Shown: positions 48,435-58,056, numbered from the whole stretch's first letter. The stretch: DNA of 60,348 nt, filler included, from Candidatus Zhuqueibacterota bacterium (GCA_016783505.1; 5 parts of 5 records of this genome joined end to end with filler, not necessarily neighbours in it), one strand, 5' to 3'. Translations and numbers: made by a program. Notes: generated from the sequence alone by a model not told the origin.

Positions 48435-50234
48435 ATGATGAACAAATTGAGAAAGAACACCGCCTTTATCCTCTGGATTTTGCTGTTCGCCTTTATCGGA
48501 ACCATCATCTTCAGTTGGGGAATGGGCGGGTTTAAGAGCAAAGCCAGTAAGGGCATCATCGCGGTTATCAACGGTCTGGAGGTCAAATACGATACCTATA
48601 TGAACAGCATCCAGCGTGAATACGCCCGCATGAGGGACGAACAGGGCGAACTGAGCGATCGGGAGACCCGCCAGATCCGCCAGCGAGTATGGGACGAGAT
48701 GATCAACGAAATCCTGATCGGTCAGGAGGTGAAAAAAGCCGATCTCAAGGCCACCGACGAGGAGATCGTATTCTTCGTCCGAAACAGCCCCCCGGATTTT
48801 TTGATAAGCAGCGAGGCCTTCCAGACCGATGGCCAGTTTGATTACGAAAAATATCTAAAGGCCCTGGGGGACCCTTCCATTGACTGGACACCCATTGAGG
48901 AGTTCCTGAGACATGAGATCCCCAAAGATAAACTCAGGCGCCGGGTTTTAGCCTCCGTCTTCGCTTCCGATAACGAAGTGAAAGAAAAGTTTATTGAGGA
49001 TAACCAAAAGGCCACTGCTTCCTACATCTTTTTTGACCCCAATACCTTTCAAACAGACAGCACCGAAATCTCCGAAGCGGAGATTTTATCCTACTATCGG
49101 GACCATCAAGAGGATTACCGGGTGCCCGAGAAGCGGAAGATTGATTATGTTCTGTTCCATAATCTTCCCACCCTTGAGGACAGCGCCGAGACGTGGGAGG
49201 ATGGCCGTGAACTGGTCGAAAGGGCCCGGGAGGGGGAGGATTTCGCCCTCTTGGTTCAGGACTTTTCACAGGACCGAGCCACGATAAGCCGGGATGGTGA
49301 CCTGGGCTATTTCCCCAGGGGCCGCTGGCCGGATGAGTTTGACAAGGCCGTCTTCGGGGCCAAAATCGGTGGGGTAATCGGCCCCTTGAAGACCAATCGG
49401 GGGCTGCATATCGTCAAAATCGAGGATAAGAGGACCATAGACGGCGGCCCGGAGGTAAAAGCCAGCCACATTCTGCTCACCTTCGAGCCCAGCGCTGACA
49501 CCCGGGAGGTCGTTCGGGAATCGGCCTATGATTTTGCTGAGGCGGTCAAGGAAGATGATTTTTATGAGACAGCGGAGATATGGGGGTATGAAGTAAGAAA
49601 TTCGGATTTTTTCGCCGCCGGGGGCTTCATTCCCGGGATCGGCAGGAGCGTTAGTGCCTCCCGCTCCATCTTCAACGCTGACCTTGAGGACGTAAGTGAG
49701 TCTTTCCCGATGCTAAACGGCTGGTTCGTCTTCAGGGTGAGTACTATCGAGAAAAGCACTATCCCGAAGCTTCGGGATGGGGTGAGGGATATTATTATGA
49801 GGACCCTGATCCGGCAGAAGAACCTCGTAAAGGCAGGACAGGTCTGCACCGATGTTCGGTCCAAAATGGAGGATGGAACCGATTTTGAGAAGTTGGCAAC
49901 GGTGGAATCCTTAGGAATAAAGACCATTGACCGGGAGTTTACCATCGGTAGTTACCTGCCCGGTATCGGCAGGGACCGAAATTTCACCGCTGCTGCTTTC
50001 AAACTGAACCCCGGGGATATTTCATCGCCCGTGGAGGGCATTAAGGGATACTATCTTATCAAATTATTGTCAAAGTCGGCCTTTGATTCCACCGCCTTTG
50101 ACAAAGAGAGGGAAAACCTGAAGGATAAAATCTTAAGGCAAAAGCAGCAGACGGCCTATGCCGCCTGGCTGCGGGGTCTTCAAAACCGTGCCAAGATTGA
50201 AGACTATCGCTATTACTATTTCAGGGATTACTAA
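48435..50234 (+). CDS. PpiD/SurA-like periplasmic chaperone with parvulin PPIase domains
   Basis: N-terminal TM anchor ILWILLFAFIGTIIFSWG; FSQD...DGDLGYF; ASHILL. Confidence 0.88.
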   Translation: MMNKLRKNTAFILWILLFAFIGTIIFSWGMGGFKSKASKGIIAVINGLEVKYDTYMNSIQREYARMRDEQGELSDRETRQIRQRVWDEMINEILIGQEVKKADLKATDEEIVFFVRNSPPDFLISSEAFQTDGQFDYEKYLKALGDPSIDWTPIEEFLRHEIPKDKLRRRVLASVFASDNEVKEKFIEDNQKATASYIFFDPNTFQTDSTEISEAEILSYYRDHQEDYRVPEKRKIDYVLFHNLPTLEDSAETWEDGRELVERAREGEDFALLVQDFSQDRATISRDGDLGYFPRGRWPDEFDKAVFGAKIGGVIGPLKTNRGLHIVKIEDKRTIDGGPEVKASHILLTFEPSADTREVVRESAYDFAEAVKEDDFYETAEIWGYEVRNSDFFAAGGFIPGIGRSVSASRSIFNADLEDVSESFPMLNGWFVFRVSTIEKSTIPKLRDGVRDIIMRTLIRQKNLVKAGQVCTDVRSKMEDGTDFEKLATVESLGIKTIDREFTIGSYLPGIGRDRNFTAAAFKLNPGDISSPVEGIKGYYLIKLLSKSAFDSTAFDKERENLKDKILRQKQQTAYAAWLRGLQNRAKIEDYRYYYFRDY

Positions 50235-50258
50235 TCAATTCATAAAATAAAGCATTAC

Positions 50259-50296
50259 AAAAAAAACCAGTCCAAAAAAATGGCTGGTTTTTTTTT
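50259..50296. terminator. Bidirectional intrinsic terminator between convergent genes
   Basis: A-run, ccag-tcca...tggctgg, T-run. Confidence 0.75.
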
Positions 50297-50300
50297 ATGG

Positions 50301-51086
50301 TTATTTTTTTAAAAAAATCTTAATGGCCTCTTCAATCTCTGAAACATTGGTATAAGTATTTTTACAGGGACCCTCGGGCCTTACGTTGGGGATGGCAATC
50401 ACAGGAATTTTGGAAACTACATCCTCGATGCCGGTCACCAGATCACGTTCGCAGGCTACGGCGATGATACCGGTGGGCCGGATTTCAGCGATCTTGACAC
50501 GGGCCGCCTCCCCCCCCGAGACCGTGTAGACCTCACAGTCATTTCTCTCAGCCAGCAATAGAATTTCCTGACGGTTCGCCTTCTGGAGACATCGGGGCAG
50601 GAGAATCATCAGCTTATTCCCCCGGATCCTTCGCCTGGCGGCCCGGATCAAGGCGTTGCTGACCTTGATGAAGGAACTACTAATTCGGTCCCGGGAAATC
50701 CCGAACCTCCGGCCCAGGTTGATGACGATGGGAACCAAAAAGGTGAGGGAATATTTCTTTTTCCCAAAATAGAAGGCCAGGTCCTTACCGATAATGATGG
50801 AGAGAAGCATCAGGGCAAACCAAATCCCCAGTGCTAGCACAAATCCCAGGATGAGGAGACCCACTACCAACGACAGGTAGGGGTGGATCATGTTCAGTCG
50901 GGGGGTAATCAGCCACCATGCAAATAAGGAAAGCAGCGAAATCAGAACCATGACTATGGTGGCGAAACCCAGGAAAATCCGTTTACCGCTGTCTACATTC
51001 TCCTCAGCCTTTCCGGACCAGTCCAGCCACTCGTCCCCCAGCCGGCGGCCGCCGGGCGGACCCTGCTGCTGACCTTTGTTAGCCAT
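50301..51086 (-). CDS. DUF116 membrane protein
   Basis: LLPRCL, IAVACERDL..GI, RPEGPCKNT; two N-terminal TM segments. Confidence 0.85.
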   Translation of the reverse strand: MANKGQQQGPPGGRRLGDEWLDWSGKAEENVDSGKRIFLGFATIVMVLISLLSLFAWWLITPRLNMIHPYLSLVVGLLILGFVLALGIWFALMLLSIIIGKDLAFYFGKKKYSLTFLVPIVINLGRRFGISRDRISSSFIKVSNALIRAARRRIRGNKLMILLPRCLQKANRQEILLLAERNDCEVYTVSGGEAARVKIAEIRPTGIIAVACERDLVTGIEDVVSKIPVIAIPNVRPEGPCKNTYTNVSEIEEAIKIFLKK

Positions 51087-51475
51087 ACTATTCCTTATCC
51101 CAACGTTCCTATTAGCAATACACCCCAATTTAATACATTTTGAGGGGAAATGTCAAGGGAAAAGATCAATAAATTGATTGTATGTCCCCTGTAGCGATCT
51201 TGGGAAATGACCTGAAAAAATGGGGGGCATCCCTCATCAAACCCGTTTATGCTTTGTATGCTATCAACAGAAAAATTCAACGGCTTATCTTTACCAAAAA
51301 AGTATTTCCCTCAAATATTACTTTAAGTGATTAATTTTTTCTTACACAATTCTTAGCCACATTCACCCACAAAGGGCAAGATAATGATTTTTCTCTTGAC
51401 AAAATTTGTAATATACATTATATTGAAACCCTACAAGATAATCCCAGTATTTCCTAATTCCTACTCCCCCAATTT

Positions 51476-53881
51476 ATGGCTCGAAGATCCTCGTCGCAAA
51501 AATCTTCCTCCCTTAACCTTTTTGGCGAACCCCAGGAGGGGGTGTCTTCCCCGTCCCAGACCCGCTTTTTGACCGAGGACGATTTAGAGATTAAGACAGA
51601 TCCTTATCGGGTTATTGAAAAACCCGCCAAGGAAATCATCGTCCCCATCGAACCCGTGCTATCTGATAACGCCCTCCGGGTGCTGGAACGGCGGTATCTC
51701 CGAAAGGATAAGGAAGGAAAGATCGCTGAATCCCCGGCTGAGATGTTCTCCCGGGTGGCCCGGCACATCGCTTCGGCAGATCTAAAATATGACCCCGATA
51801 CTGATGTCAGGAAAACGGAGATTCGTTTTTTCAACCTCATGGCCTCCCTGGATTTTCTCCCCAATTCCCCTACCCTGATGAATGCCGGTCGCGAGCTGGG
51901 TCAGCTCTCCGCTTGTTTCGTCCTCCCGATTGAAGATTCCATGGATCAAATTTTTGATACGGTAAAGAACACCGCCCTTATCCACAAGAGCGGTGGGGGA
52001 ACGGGATTTTCCTTCTCCCGCTTACGTCCCAAGAACTCAGTCGTTCGATCAACGGCGGGCACTGCTTCAGGTCCCGTTTCCTTTATGAGCGTGTTCAATT
52101 CCGCCACCGAGACCGTCAAGCAGGGGGGTACCCGTCGGGGGGCCAACATGGGTGTATTAAGGATGGACCATCCGGACATCCTGGAGTTTATCGGCTGCAA
52201 GCATAGCGAACGGGATCTTAACAATTTTAACATATCGGTAGCGGTGACCGACGAGTTCATGGAGGCAGTCAAGAGCGGCGGTACTTATTGGCTGTTTGAT
52301 CCCCACACCCAGAAACGGGTCAGCCGGATGATAGCCAGGGAGGTGTTCGATCAAATCGTGGAACAGGCATGGCAAAATGGGGAACCGGGGATCATCTTCC
52401 TGGATAAAGTCAACGCCCATAATCCCACCCCCAGTTTAGGCCTAATTGAGTCCACAAATCCCTGTGGCGAACAGCCACTCTTACCCTACGAATCCTGTAA
52501 CCTGGGCTCCATCAATCTATCCACGATGGTTTCCAATGGCAAATTAGATTGGGATAAGCTGGAGGAAACGGTTTGCACCGCTGTCCATTTTCTGGACAAC
52601 GTCATTGACCTTAACCAGTATCCCCTGCCCCAGATCCGGGAGATGACCTTTGGAAACCGCAAGATCGGCCTCGGGGTAATGGGATTTGCCGACATGTTGG
52701 TGCAGTTGGGCATCCATTATGATTCGGAGGAGGGGTTGAAGACCGCCGAGGGTGTGATGGAATTCATCCACGCCTGTGCGCGAAAGAAATCGGATGAATT
52801 GGCCCTGAAGCGGGGTCCATTCCCCAACTGCCCGGACAGCATCTTCACCACCCCCACCCGCAACGCTACCGTAACCACCATCGCCCCCACCGGCACCTTG
52901 TCCATGATCGCTGAAACCTCTGGGGGAATCGAGCCCCATTTCTCCTTAGTTTATATCAAAAAGGTCATGGATAATGAGGAACTGCTGTATGTGAACAGGG
53001 TTTTTGAAGAGGTGGCCCGAAAGGAGGGATTTTACAATCCTGAAATGATGAAAAGGGTGTCTGCCAGGGGCTCCCTGCAGAATATTGATGGGATTCCGGA
53101 CCGTGTCAAAGAAATTTTTCGCACCTCCCACGACATTACCCCGGAGTGGCACGTCCGTATGCAGGCCGCCTTCCAGAAATACACTGATAATGCCGTTTCC
53201 AAGACTATTAATTTCCCCCACTCCGCTACCAAGGATGATGTCCATCAGGCCTACCTTTTGGCCTATGAGCTGGGATGCAAGGGGTTGACCGTCTACCGGG
53301 ATGGCAGCAGGGAGGAACAGGTTCTGAACGTGGGCTCCCAGATAAAAGAGGGACGGCTGGCTAATGGGGAAAAACTCCATCCCCGCAATCGTCCCCCCAT
53401 AACCAGCGGAATAACCGAGAGAATTCGCACCGGTGAGGGTAATTTATACATTACGATCAATGAGGACGACTTTGGCCTCTGTGAGGTGTTCGCTTCCATC
53501 GGCAAGGCCGGGGGCAACGCCGCCGCCCAATCGGAGGCCATCAGCCGACTTATCTCGTTGGCCATGCGCTCGGGTATCAACACCAACGAAATTATCGAAG
53601 AGCTGAAGGGCATCTCCGGCCCCAATCCGGTGTGGGACTTGGGCGAGCTTATACTTTCCGCCCCCGATGCCATCGGAAAAGCCCTGGAACGGTATCTGAC
53701 CCGGATGGAGCGGATGAATGAATTGGATAAGGAAGATCAAGGTGAGAGAAAGACCAGCTTTATCGAGGAGAACTTAGAAGTCATCCCCCGGGGTGACGTC
53801 TGCCCCAAGTGCAACGGCCACATGGATATGATCGAGGGCTGTGCCACCTGTCGTTCCTGCGGTTTTTCTAAGTGTGGTTAG
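51476..53881 (+). CDS. nrdJ: Class II (B12-dependent) ribonucleotide reductase with C-terminal TSCPD/Zn-ribbon
   Basis: PNSPTLMNAG, LSACF, TNPCGEQPL, CNLGS, TIAPTGT, CPKC...CRSCGFSKC. Confidence 0.93.
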   Translation: MARRSSSQKSSSLNLFGEPQEGVSSPSQTRFLTEDDLEIKTDPYRVIEKPAKEIIVPIEPVLSDNALRVLERRYLRKDKEGKIAESPAEMFSRVARHIASADLKYDPDTDVRKTEIRFFNLMASLDFLPNSPTLMNAGRELGQLSACFVLPIEDSMDQIFDTVKNTALIHKSGGGTGFSFSRLRPKNSVVRSTAGTASGPVSFMSVFNSATETVKQGGTRRGANMGVLRMDHPDILEFIGCKHSERDLNNFNISVAVTDEFMEAVKSGGTYWLFDPHTQKRVSRMIAREVFDQIVEQAWQNGEPGIIFLDKVNAHNPTPSLGLIESTNPCGEQPLLPYESCNLGSINLSTMVSNGKLDWDKLEETVCTAVHFLDNVIDLNQYPLPQIREMTFGNRKIGLGVMGFADMLVQLGIHYDSEEGLKTAEGVMEFIHACARKKSDELALKRGPFPNCPDSIFTTPTRNATVTTIAPTGTLSMIAETSGGIEPHFSLVYIKKVMDNEELLYVNRVFEEVARKEGFYNPEMMKRVSARGSLQNIDGIPDRVKEIFRTSHDITPEWHVRMQAAFQKYTDNAVSKTINFPHSATKDDVHQAYLLAYELGCKGLTVYRDGSREEQVLNVGSQIKEGRLANGEKLHPRNRPPITSGITERIRTGEGNLYITINEDDFGLCEVFASIGKAGGNAAAQSEAISRLISLAMRSGINTNEIIEELKGISGPNPVWDLGELILSAPDAIGKALERYLTRMERMNELDKEDQGERKTSFIEENLEVIPRGDVCPKCNGHMDMIEGCATCRSCGFSKCG

Positions 53882-53905
53882 AAGCAATGCTATAAGGATC
53901 AAAAA

Positions 53906-53936
53906 GAACCAGCATCATTTCGGTGCTGGTTTTTTT
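53906..53936 (+). terminator. Intrinsic terminator after nrdJ
   Basis: aaccagcatc-attt-cggtgctggtt followed by a T-run. Confidence 0.8.
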
Positions 53937-54163
53937 GTTTGAATGAGAGAGGGTTACACAAAAAAAGGCGGACAATCTGCTGTGACTATCCGCCTTTTGA
54001 AATAAGTGGGGGGAACAAAACCCCCTATGTATTATCCCCCAAAAAAGAAATTGACTCCAAACATCACCTGGCTTAGATCTATTTTCGGGACGTCATTTAT
54101 TTTTACATCATTGGACTTCCAGTTGTTTTTGTTTATCGAGCAATAGAAGTAGCCCAGGTTCCC

Positions 54164-54263
54164 NNNNNNNNNNNNNNNNNNNNNNNNNNNNNNNNNNNNN
54201 NNNNNNNTTAATTAATTAANNNNNNNNNNNNNNNNNNNNNNNNNNNNNNNNNNNNNNNNNNNN
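54164..54263. other. Assembly gap with artificial linker
   Basis: N-run with TTAATTAATTAA. Confidence 0.97.
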
Positions 54264-54303
54264 CGCAGGATATAGCCCGTCCATCTTCATGCCTTTGTTA
54301 TGT
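54264..54303 (-). other. attC site, partial (cut by contig edge)
   Basis: R'' ACATAAC (54303-54297), 8 nt after the stop, followed by the start of an arm. Confidence 0.7.
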
Positions 54304-54311
54304 CATATGTT

Positions 54312-54788
54312 TCACAGTGTTGATTGGATCCTTGCTATTCTTTCTTCCAAATCAGCAATAAATTCGTCCGGTATCCTATCTTTTGCTAATTCATTAAAAT
54401 GCCGGGCTTCTTCAAACATTGTCTCATAACTGAGTTCTAAAGATTTCAACACATCCGTCCAAAATCTTTTACGTACGTCAGGTGGGTTACATGGACCATC
54501 CGCATCATTTTTGAATCGATCAGGTGCTATAACTAACAAGTCTTCATATGGAATCCCAAGTTTTTCCGCTTGATCCTTTAACAATTCCCGCCCTTCCCAA
54601 TTATCAAACCAGTGTTCACCATAGTCATTGTCCAGCGTGAACAGTCTCCCGATCCAGACCACAGGGTTCCATTCAATCAACCCAAGAATTTCAGAGATGC
54701 GTCGGTATTCATTTGTAACAAGAAAAGCATCAAGTTGATCAATATACTTGAACACTTTGACGGTTTTCATGCTAATTATCTGCCTCAT
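54312..54788 (-). CDS. Cassette-borne hypothetical protein
   Basis: 158 aa, Trp/acidic-rich (EWNPVVWIGR, DNDYGEHWFDNW); starts about 10 nt after R'. Confidence 0.8.
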   Translation of the reverse strand: MRQIISMKTVKVFKYIDQLDAFLVTNEYRRISEILGLIEWNPVVWIGRLFTLDNDYGEHWFDNWEGRELLKDQAEKLGIPYEDLLVIAPDRFKNDADGPCNPPDVRKRFWTDVLKSLELSYETMFEEARHFNELAKDRIPDEFIADLEERIARIQSTL

Positions 54789-54797
54789 CTGAGTTGG

Positions 54798-54859
54798 ACA
54801 TAACGTCTCTTTTCAGCGGGCGCGCTTTTTTGCGTTCCGCTGCAAAAGCATTGTTAGCC
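54798..54859 (-). other. attC site (62 bp)
   Basis: GGCTAAC-AATGC-TTTTGCAGCGG...CCGCTGAAAA-GAGAC-GTTATGT. Confidence 0.92.
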
Positions 54860-54862
54860 ATT

Positions 54863-55519
54863 TTAATATTGTGTAAAAGTCTCAACCCCACTACAAAATT
54901 GATATCTCATAAAATCACTAAACCCGGTCCATAAAAAATGCTGTGATGTATAGGCGCACTGGAAAATAGATGTTTTCTTTGCAAGTATGGCTGGGTTTAG
55001 AAAGGTGGACTCAATATGTTTGCCAACCTCTTTCTTCCGAGGATTTTGAACACCAGGGCATAGAAAATGCCAAATATTAAGACCATCCTTGCTTTTATTC
55101 TTAAAATAATCTCCTAAGATTTTGTGATTGATATGACCATATTCTCCATCAATGTTATGTGTAAAAATAATGTCAAAATTGTCAATACTGACTTTATTCA
55201 ATTTTTGAGTTACCTCAGAAATATTTATGTGGTTTTCATTTTGTGTGTCTACCATAATATTGATAAATTCATATTCTAACTTCAGATTATCTGATTGGAT
55301 CTTATATTCATAAACAGCTTTTTGTAGCTCAATTCCTCGGTCATCATTTTCTTTGTGAGTCGAAATGAATATCTTCCAATTCCAATCGCTTCTTGAGAGT
55401 ATGGTTCCCCCCATCCAGATAGTTTCATCATCAGGATGTGCCGAGAAAATCGCAGCTTTTATTGGCTTTATGTCACTACTTGGTATCAGGAAATTATGTT
55501 CTTCGTTATATTTCATCAT
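54863..55519 (-). CDS. PIG-L/LmbE family deacetylase (cassette)
   Basis: AHPDDE metal motif; THNIDGEYGHINH; YTSQ. Confidence 0.85.
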   Translation of the reverse strand: MMKYNEEHNFLIPSSDIKPIKAAIFSAHPDDETIWMGGTILSRSDWNWKIFISTHKENDDRGIELQKAVYEYKIQSDNLKLEYEFINIMVDTQNENHINISEVTQKLNKVSIDNFDIIFTHNIDGEYGHINHKILGDYFKNKSKDGLNIWHFLCPGVQNPRKKEVGKHIESTFLNPAILAKKTSIFQCAYTSQHFLWTGFSDFMRYQFCSGVETFTQY

Positions 55520-55559
55520 AGATTTTACCGATTATATCGCACAGTTTCTCGTTGCGGAT

Positions 55560-55631
55560 GGCTAACGACAGGATCACTTGCGGCTATGGAGCAACAGCGG
55601 AATAGCCGTCAAGTGCATCCATTGGTTGGGC
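55560..55631 (-). other. attC site (72 bp)
   Basis: GCCCAAC...GGATGCACTTGACGGCTAT...ATAGCCGCAAGTGATCC...GTTAGCC. Confidence 0.92.
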
Positions 55632-55653
55632 GAATTAAGTATTGTCCCCAGAA
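55632..55653. repeat. 22-bp inverted repeat, left copy
   Basis: gaattaagtattgtccccagaa; reverse complement matches 57807-57828 at 21/22 positions. Confidence 0.9.
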
Positions 55654-55755
55654 TTTAGGGATTGGATCATTTTCGGGAATCGCCTCCTGGAGAAAGACCT
55701 TCAGGGAATTCCAATTGCAACTGCTCGGGTCGGTGACAAGTTATCAATCATAACC

Positions 55756-56349
55756 TCATTTTTTAATAAACTCAACCAGTTCTGTATCCGTAGATATTTC
55801 CTTGATCATAGCCACGAGGGCCTGATTCAGCGAGCTCTTCCATCCTGCTAATCCACCGCCCGTAGTATATGCTCCTTCGTATGACTTCATAAAAACACCT
55901 TTTTCTGTGGGTATACAGCTAATCATTATTTTCACACCAGTATGAGCAGTTTGGTTAGTAGAAAAAAGGCGTTGCTGAACTCTATATGTAAAATCGTAGA
56001 TACTTCCTTCAACGATGAAATCTGCCTTAACATCCGACGAAATATTGACAAATTTGTGACCGTTTCTTTCCAATTCTTTTCTTATCTGATTGGCTACAAA
56101 CGTTGTTATCGGTTGATCTAATACCAATGTATGCGCACCCACTTGTGCCACTAAAGCTGGATCGTCAACATTTCTGACACGCTTAAATTCTTTGAAAGCA
56201 AAGGTTTTGGAAGGCACGCCACGCAATGGGCTACCCGTCTGCAATGTAGAGAAATCACTGGTTTTCAGAATATGGGTACATCCCGTAACTAATAAGATTG
56301 CGACCATTAATGATACGATACTATGTGGGTAACTGCTGCGACCTTTCAT
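55756..56349 (-). CDS. Lipoprotein (YajG-like, tentative), cassette gene
   Basis: Lipobox VTGC; RBS GGAGGTG. Confidence 0.75.
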   Translation of the reverse strand: MKGRSSYPHSIVSLMVAILLVTGCTHILKTSDFSTLQTGSPLRGVPSKTFAFKEFKRVRNVDDPALVAQVGAHTLVLDQPITTFVANQIRKELERNGHKFVNISSDVKADFIVEGSIYDFTYRVQQRLFSTNQTAHTGVKIMISCIPTEKGVFMKSYEGAYTTGGGLAGWKSSLNQALVAMIKEISTDTELVEFIKK

Positions 56350-56360
56350 TTTTCACCTCC

Positions 56361-57128
56361 TTACTTAAGATATACGAAATCATAAGCCAGGTTTTGCCCG
56401 GCCTTCTCTATGATCGCGTCGAGCTCTTTCAATCCGTTTTCTTTATAATAGTTAAGTGTATGTACTTCAGGAGATGACAGAACTTCCTCTCGGTCCCATA
56501 CTATTTTCCCTGAGCGCAGGTACGTCAATTGACCCTGCACGTGGATCTGGAGGCCAAAATTATCACCAGCAAGGTGAGTAAGGGAAATATTTTTGATGAC
56601 CAACCGGATTACGGCATTATAACCTGCGTCCGATAATTGGTGGTCGTCATTAATCTTGTTCTTTATATAGTCAACACGATCAAAGCACGAAGCCTTTCTG
56701 ATGGGTGTGGTAAAAGCTTGAACAATTTTATCTTCAATGCTGCTTATATCGATTTTGGTTCCTATTTCTTTAGCAGATGCACTGTCTGTGTGCGCCCTTT
56801 CTGCGGCAGTCCCAATAGCAACATAAGGCAATATAAGAAGAGGTGCGAGTACTGCAATCGCAAGACCTAGACCGGCTGCGCCCGTACCTTCCTGCGTGGC
56901 AGGAGTTACATCCAGGGCGTTGGCTGAAGCAAGAATTGCCACTTTTTTGATGCTCGAAAGGCTGTTGCTCGTCAGGTAAGTTTCTTTTGGAGGAGCCGAT
57001 GCGCAGGAAACAAGGAGCAATGCCATGCAGATACATAGACATCGGCGCAATCGCATTTTCATCAAGGCATTCATCCTGGGAACACGGGTTGAATCGTTAG
57101 CTTTAACTATAAACCAGATGAGCCTCAT
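56361..57128 (-). CDS. Lipoprotein with glycine-zipper-like segment, cassette gene
   Basis: Lipobox LVSC; GTGAAGLGLAIAV. True start may be downstream (MKMRLRR). Confidence 0.75.
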   Translation of the reverse strand: MRLIWFIVKANDSTRVPRMNALMKMRLRRCLCICMALLLVSCASAPPKETYLTSNSLSSIKKVAILASANALDVTPATQEGTGAAGLGLAIAVLAPLLILPYVAIGTAAERAHTDSASAKEIGTKIDISSIEDKIVQAFTTPIRKASCFDRVDYIKNKINDDHQLSDAGYNAVIRLVIKNISLTHLAGDNFGLQIHVQGQLTYLRSGKIVWDREEVLSSPEVHTLNYYKENGLKELDAIIEKAGQNLAYDFVYLK

Positions 57129-57190
57129 CTTTTTATCTCCCTTCTTTTATGTGATCCTTCCTCAATAGTTCAGATGCAGACTCCTCTGCA

Positions 57191-57730
57191 TTACTTGGCA
57201 CGTAAGTTTTGTGCTTGTTGATTGAGTTCATCGAGGAAGGCTTCAGTACGTGGAACTCCTTGGGGTTTGTTTTTATCAAGCATCACCGGTAATATTAGTA
57301 ATTTGCTTTTCCCTTTGATGAACCAACCATCGACATCACTGAATATAATAAAATCGCTATTACCAATAGGATAGGATGCCGGGTTGCCATTATGGCGCGC
57401 GACAGAAACAGAATCAAATATGCGTCGTTTGGCTATAGCATCTACATTGAATTGATAAGCATTTCGACTAACAGCGGTGAAGAAATCGATTTGTTCTTGG
57501 CTAACTCTGGTCCCGCTAAAAGCTTTGATCAAACGTTTCTGTATTTCAACGTCCGATGGGATAATAATCAGGGCTGCACCTCCCACAGGATTTTGATTAG
57601 GCTTTATCTCTTTGATAATGTTAGAATATATTTCTGTATTCTTTTGAAGTAGTTCGGAATGATTCAAACCGCAGGCAATTAAAAACATGAATGTTATAAC
57701 TATAAAAGTAACCAGAGTTAATCTTCTCAT
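57191..57730 (-). CDS. Hypothetical lipoprotein, cassette gene
   Basis: MRR + hydrophobic stretch + LIAC; RBS GGAGG. Confidence 0.78.
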   Translation of the reverse strand: MRRLTLVTFIVITFMFLIACGLNHSELLQKNTEIYSNIIKEIKPNQNPVGGAALIIIPSDVEIQKRLIKAFSGTRVSQEQIDFFTAVSRNAYQFNVDAIAKRRIFDSVSVARHNGNPASYPIGNSDFIIFSDVDGWFIKGKSKLLILPVMLDKNKPQGVPRTEAFLDELNQQAQNLRAK

Positions 57731-57806
57731 GGAGTCCCCTCCCTACTTTATGTTATCTCCTGTCGGGCTGGATGCCTATCAGCGGTTGGCCCCATAATAA
57801 GAATAG

Positions 57807-57828
57807 TTCTGGGGACAATACTCAATTC
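57807..57828. repeat. 22-bp inverted repeat, right copy
   Basis: ttctggggacaatactcaattc. Confidence 0.9.
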
Positions 57829-57842
57829 AACCATTTCTTTCG

Positions 57843-57933
57843 GCCCAACGACCTAAATCAGCGGCGGGGCTACGACATTTGCTGAAAATCGCACCGCGGC
57901 TTATTCCCCGTCCGCTGGATTTGCTTGTTAGGC
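57843..57933 (-). other. attC site (91 bp)
   Basis: GCCTAAC-AAGC-AAATCCAGCGGACGGGG...CCCCGCCGCTGATTT-AGGTC-GTTGGGC. Confidence 0.92.
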
Positions 57934-57956
57934 ATTTAATACTGTTCATTTGTCAA

Positions 57957-58003
57957 ATGTTAAGACTTGACACCAATCTCTTCTCATGTCAAGACCTGAC
58001 ACC
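57957..58003. repeat. 18-bp direct repeat pair next to attC
   Basis: atgttaagacttgacacc (57957-57974) and atgtcaagacctgacacc (57986-58003). Confidence 0.8.
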
Positions 58004-58056
58004 TTTTCCACCTTTATTGGTTATGCTTCCTGATTCATTCTTGTCTTGACAAAAAC

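Noticed and set aside
51476-53881. Intein or intron in nrdJ (also checked rtcB)
   Set aside because: Lengths are normal, catalytic motifs are contiguous, and there is no splice-junction signature.
8176-54263. TTAATTAATTAA repeated four times inside N-runs
   Set aside because: Artificial contig-joining linker (stops in six frames, identical 100-nt spacers). It is not biological, and gene linkage across it cannot be used.
57129-57190. attC between the lipoprotein genes (also checked 56350-56360 and 59517-59541)
   Set aside because: No RYYYAAC...GTTRRRY pair with an intervening palindrome; these are spacers within a cassette.
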